A stretch of DNA of 64,000 nt, taken from positions 19,949 to 83,948 of the forward strand of contig JBBQTL010000002.1 of NCBI GenBank assembly GCA_038213285.1. Direction: 5' to 3'. A program made the translations under genes and the position numbers. Below the pieces are notes generated by a model that saw only the letters and a program-made list of their open reading frames with translations, was not told the origin of the DNA and searched no databases. This DNA comes from Chitinophagales bacterium (GTDB lineage: Bacteria > Bacteroidota > Bacteroidia > Chitinophagales > Chitinophagaceae). This document shows positions 61,963-64,000 of this stretch, in pieces; the stretch's first letter is position 1, and the number at the start of each line of letters is the position of its first letter.

Positions 61963-63102
61963 ATGAAACGTATCATAGTTTGTTGTGATGGCACCTGGAA
62001 CAAACCCGGCAGCAAGGACCGTGGCAGCATTGTGAAAACCAATGTTCAAAAATTATATGAAGCCGTCAATAATTATTCAAGTAAGTTGAACCAGGTAAAA
62101 TATTATGGGCAGGGTGTTGGCACTGGCTTTTCCATACGTGATCAATTTTTAGGCGGTAGTACAGGTATGGGTATTGATACCAATATCCAGGATGCCTACA
62201 AATTTATTATGTGGACCTACCGGCCCGGCGATCAATTGTATTTGTTTGGATTTAGCAGGGGGGCCTATACGATAAGAAGCCTGGCCGGGCTTATCCGAAA
62301 CTGCGGTATTATGAAACCGGAATTTTTACATCTTGTTAAAGAAGCCTACCATTTATACCGCGACCGTACACCGATTACCCACCCGGATAGTGATTTAATG
62401 AAAGCATTTAAAAGAACCTATGGCATTGATGAAGTAGAAACACAAATAAAATTCATGGGGGTATGGGATACTGTTGGCGCTTTGGGTATTCCGTTGATCT
62501 GGCTTCAATGGTTGAATAAAAAGTATGCTTTTCATGATGTAAAGCTCGGCAGCCAGGTAAACTATGCATATCACGCTTTGGCAGTAGATGAGCGGAGAAA
62601 GGTATTTGCACCCGCCTTGTGGGAAGTAAGTAAAAAAGCGATTAGCGGTCCAAACCCACAGGTATGCGAACAGGTATGGTTTCCGGGTGTTCACAGCAAT
62701 GTGGGAGGCGGTTATGCCAATAGCGGATTAAGTGACACCACTTTTAAATGGATGATTGAAAAAGCTCAAGTTACGGGGCTTGAGTTCAATGAAAACTATT
62801 TGGCTTTTTTACAGGCCGACAGCTGTGGCGAATTAAGAAAATCCACCAATGGCATTTATACAGTGATGCCAAAAAAAATGAGGGAGATCAATACCGGCTT
62901 TGCCATTAGGACTGATCCGGATACAGGTAAAAAATCAAAAGTAGAAGTGATCAGAAATGAAAGTATTCACTACTCATGCATGGAGCGAAAGCACATGGAT
63001 AAAAATTATTACCCACGCAACATTAAACAGGCATTATCTGCTAATACGCCTTTTGACCCGTTGAGAGACAAGTGGGATCCGTTATGGCTTAATTATATTT
63101 AA
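61963..63102 (+). CDS. DUF2235 (Tle1-like) alpha/beta hydrolase
   Basis: CCDGTWN, GVGT, GFSRGA, GVWDTVG, HALAVDE.R and WFPGVHSNVGGG motifs. Confidence 0.9.
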   Translation: MKRIIVCCDGTWNKPGSKDRGSIVKTNVQKLYEAVNNYSSKLNQVKYYGQGVGTGFSIRDQFLGGSTGMGIDTNIQDAYKFIMWTYRPGDQLYLFGFSRGAYTIRSLAGLIRNCGIMKPEFLHLVKEAYHLYRDRTPITHPDSDLMKAFKRTYGIDEVETQIKFMGVWDTVGALGIPLIWLQWLNKKYAFHDVKLGSQVNYAYHALAVDERRKVFAPALWEVSKKAISGPNPQVCEQVWFPGVHSNVGGGYANSGLSDTTFKWMIEKAQVTGLEFNENYLAFLQADSCGELRKSTNGIYTVMPKKMREINTGFAIRTDPDTGKKSKVEVIRNESIHYSCMERKHMDKNYYPRNIKQALSANTPFDPLRDKWDPLWLNYI

Positions 63103-63672
63103 AGGATTAGAGTCTCTGTTTGTCGCTAATTGATTATGAAAGGACTGAGTTTGAAGAAACAATAAAAATGGGATATAACCTATTCTCTGTATAGGTTTGC
63201 GAAAGTTATACCTAATCCTTTCAATTTTTTTTGTTGACTATTATTGATTTTTCATGGTATCTATTTTGGCGTCAGTCTATCCCGTATTCTAATCGGGACA
63301 ACGTTTACATTCAATTCCAATAACTATTGAAATTCATGGCATCTTTAACTTTCTAATTTAAATACTCCAGCGGATCATATTTTTTATCGCCGGACAGAAG
63401 CATGCTTTTTCAAATAGCCCTTTTTTAATAATATATCAGAGTACTTGCTTTTGTTATAATTAGGTATTATGTTAGTAGCTGAATTCATTCCTTTGAATTA
63501 TTGACTAATTGTATTGCCTCCTATAATTTTTTTAATAAAACGTAACGATTCATTTTCTAATGGGACGTTGTCTACTGTAGCGGGGCAAAGTCCCAAATAA
63601 TAGAGGTGATTAAAGTACTGAAAAGGTTTAAATCAAAATATCAATCATTTTAAATAAATACCCAAAATTACT

Positions 63673-64000
63673 ATGGAACTTCAACTCAGTAAAGACGCCA
63701 TTAACAAAGCCATTATGGCTTTTGAAGTAAGCTGGTCGCCTGTATCAGGCTTCGATGTATATAACAGGAAATACCGGAAGCCGATTGTACCTGATCCGGT
63801 CAATACAGACAGCGGTGTTACCATTGGTATTGGTTATGATTGTGGTCAATACAAAGCAAACCAAATAAGGCTGGACTGGCAATCCGTTTTACCCTTACAT
63901 ATGGTTGATGCACTGACTAAAGTAACCGGATTGAAGAAGCAACAGGCAGTAAACAGTCTTTCGCAATTAAAAACTGTGGATGTACCGGTTGAAGCTGCTT
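63673..64000 (+). CDS. Pesticin-like / T4-lysozyme-fold muramidase (truncated by window end)
   Basis: Open frame from the ATG at 63673: ...AFEV...SGVTIGIGYDCG...DW; not in the ORF track because there is no stop inside the window. Confidence 0.75.
   Translation, partial: MELQLSKDAINKAIMAFEVSWSPVSGFDVYNRKYRKPIVPDPVNTDSGVTIGIGYDCGQYKANQIRLDWQSVLPLHMVDALTKVTGLKKQQAVNSLSQLKTVDVPVEAA

Noticed and set aside
63103-63672. Possible immunity gene between DUF2235 and the lysozyme
   Set aside because: No ORF of 60 aa or more; only AT-rich, stop-laden sequence that I cannot assign.

Overview
The window is Bacteroidota-type chromosomal DNA (AT-rich, with TAnnTTTG-type promoters and a Chitinophagaceae-like gene set; the taxonomy is an inference). 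1-16 kb holds mostly housekeeping and hypothetical genes (suhB fragment, thiL, S41 protease, amidohydrolase, xseA/xseB, recX, DoxX, M50 protease). The most striking unexplained structure is a pair of paralogous, ORF-free transcription units at about 16.3-16.8 kb and 23.1-23.8 kb. Each has the same operator/promoter block, a tandem array of 82-85-nt units with an invariant CTATGC-N7/8-GCGATGATG core inside a covarying stem (4 and 6 copies), a shared 3' multi-hairpin domain and an intrinsic terminator. They bracket an intact beta-propeller/Y_Y_Y sensor kinase and a decayed PAS kinase, and look like an undescribed repeat-array ncRNA family. 30-39.6 kb is an accessory region beside tRNA-Gly(CCC): a caspase/alpha-beta-hydrolase fusion flanked by 101-bp inverted repeats, a complete IS1634-family element, a dihaem cytochrome c and a subtilase. 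46-64 kb holds a four-gene signalling cassette (small Cys-tailed protein, multi-TM protein, HisKA_3 kinase, NarL/LuxR regulator). It is divergent from a run of lytic enzymes, most without signal peptides (metzincin, GH46-like, S8, CHAP, patatin-like, DUF2235, pesticin-like lysozyme), and two promoters in that run share a palindromic operator. No database searches were run; all family calls come from recognised motifs.
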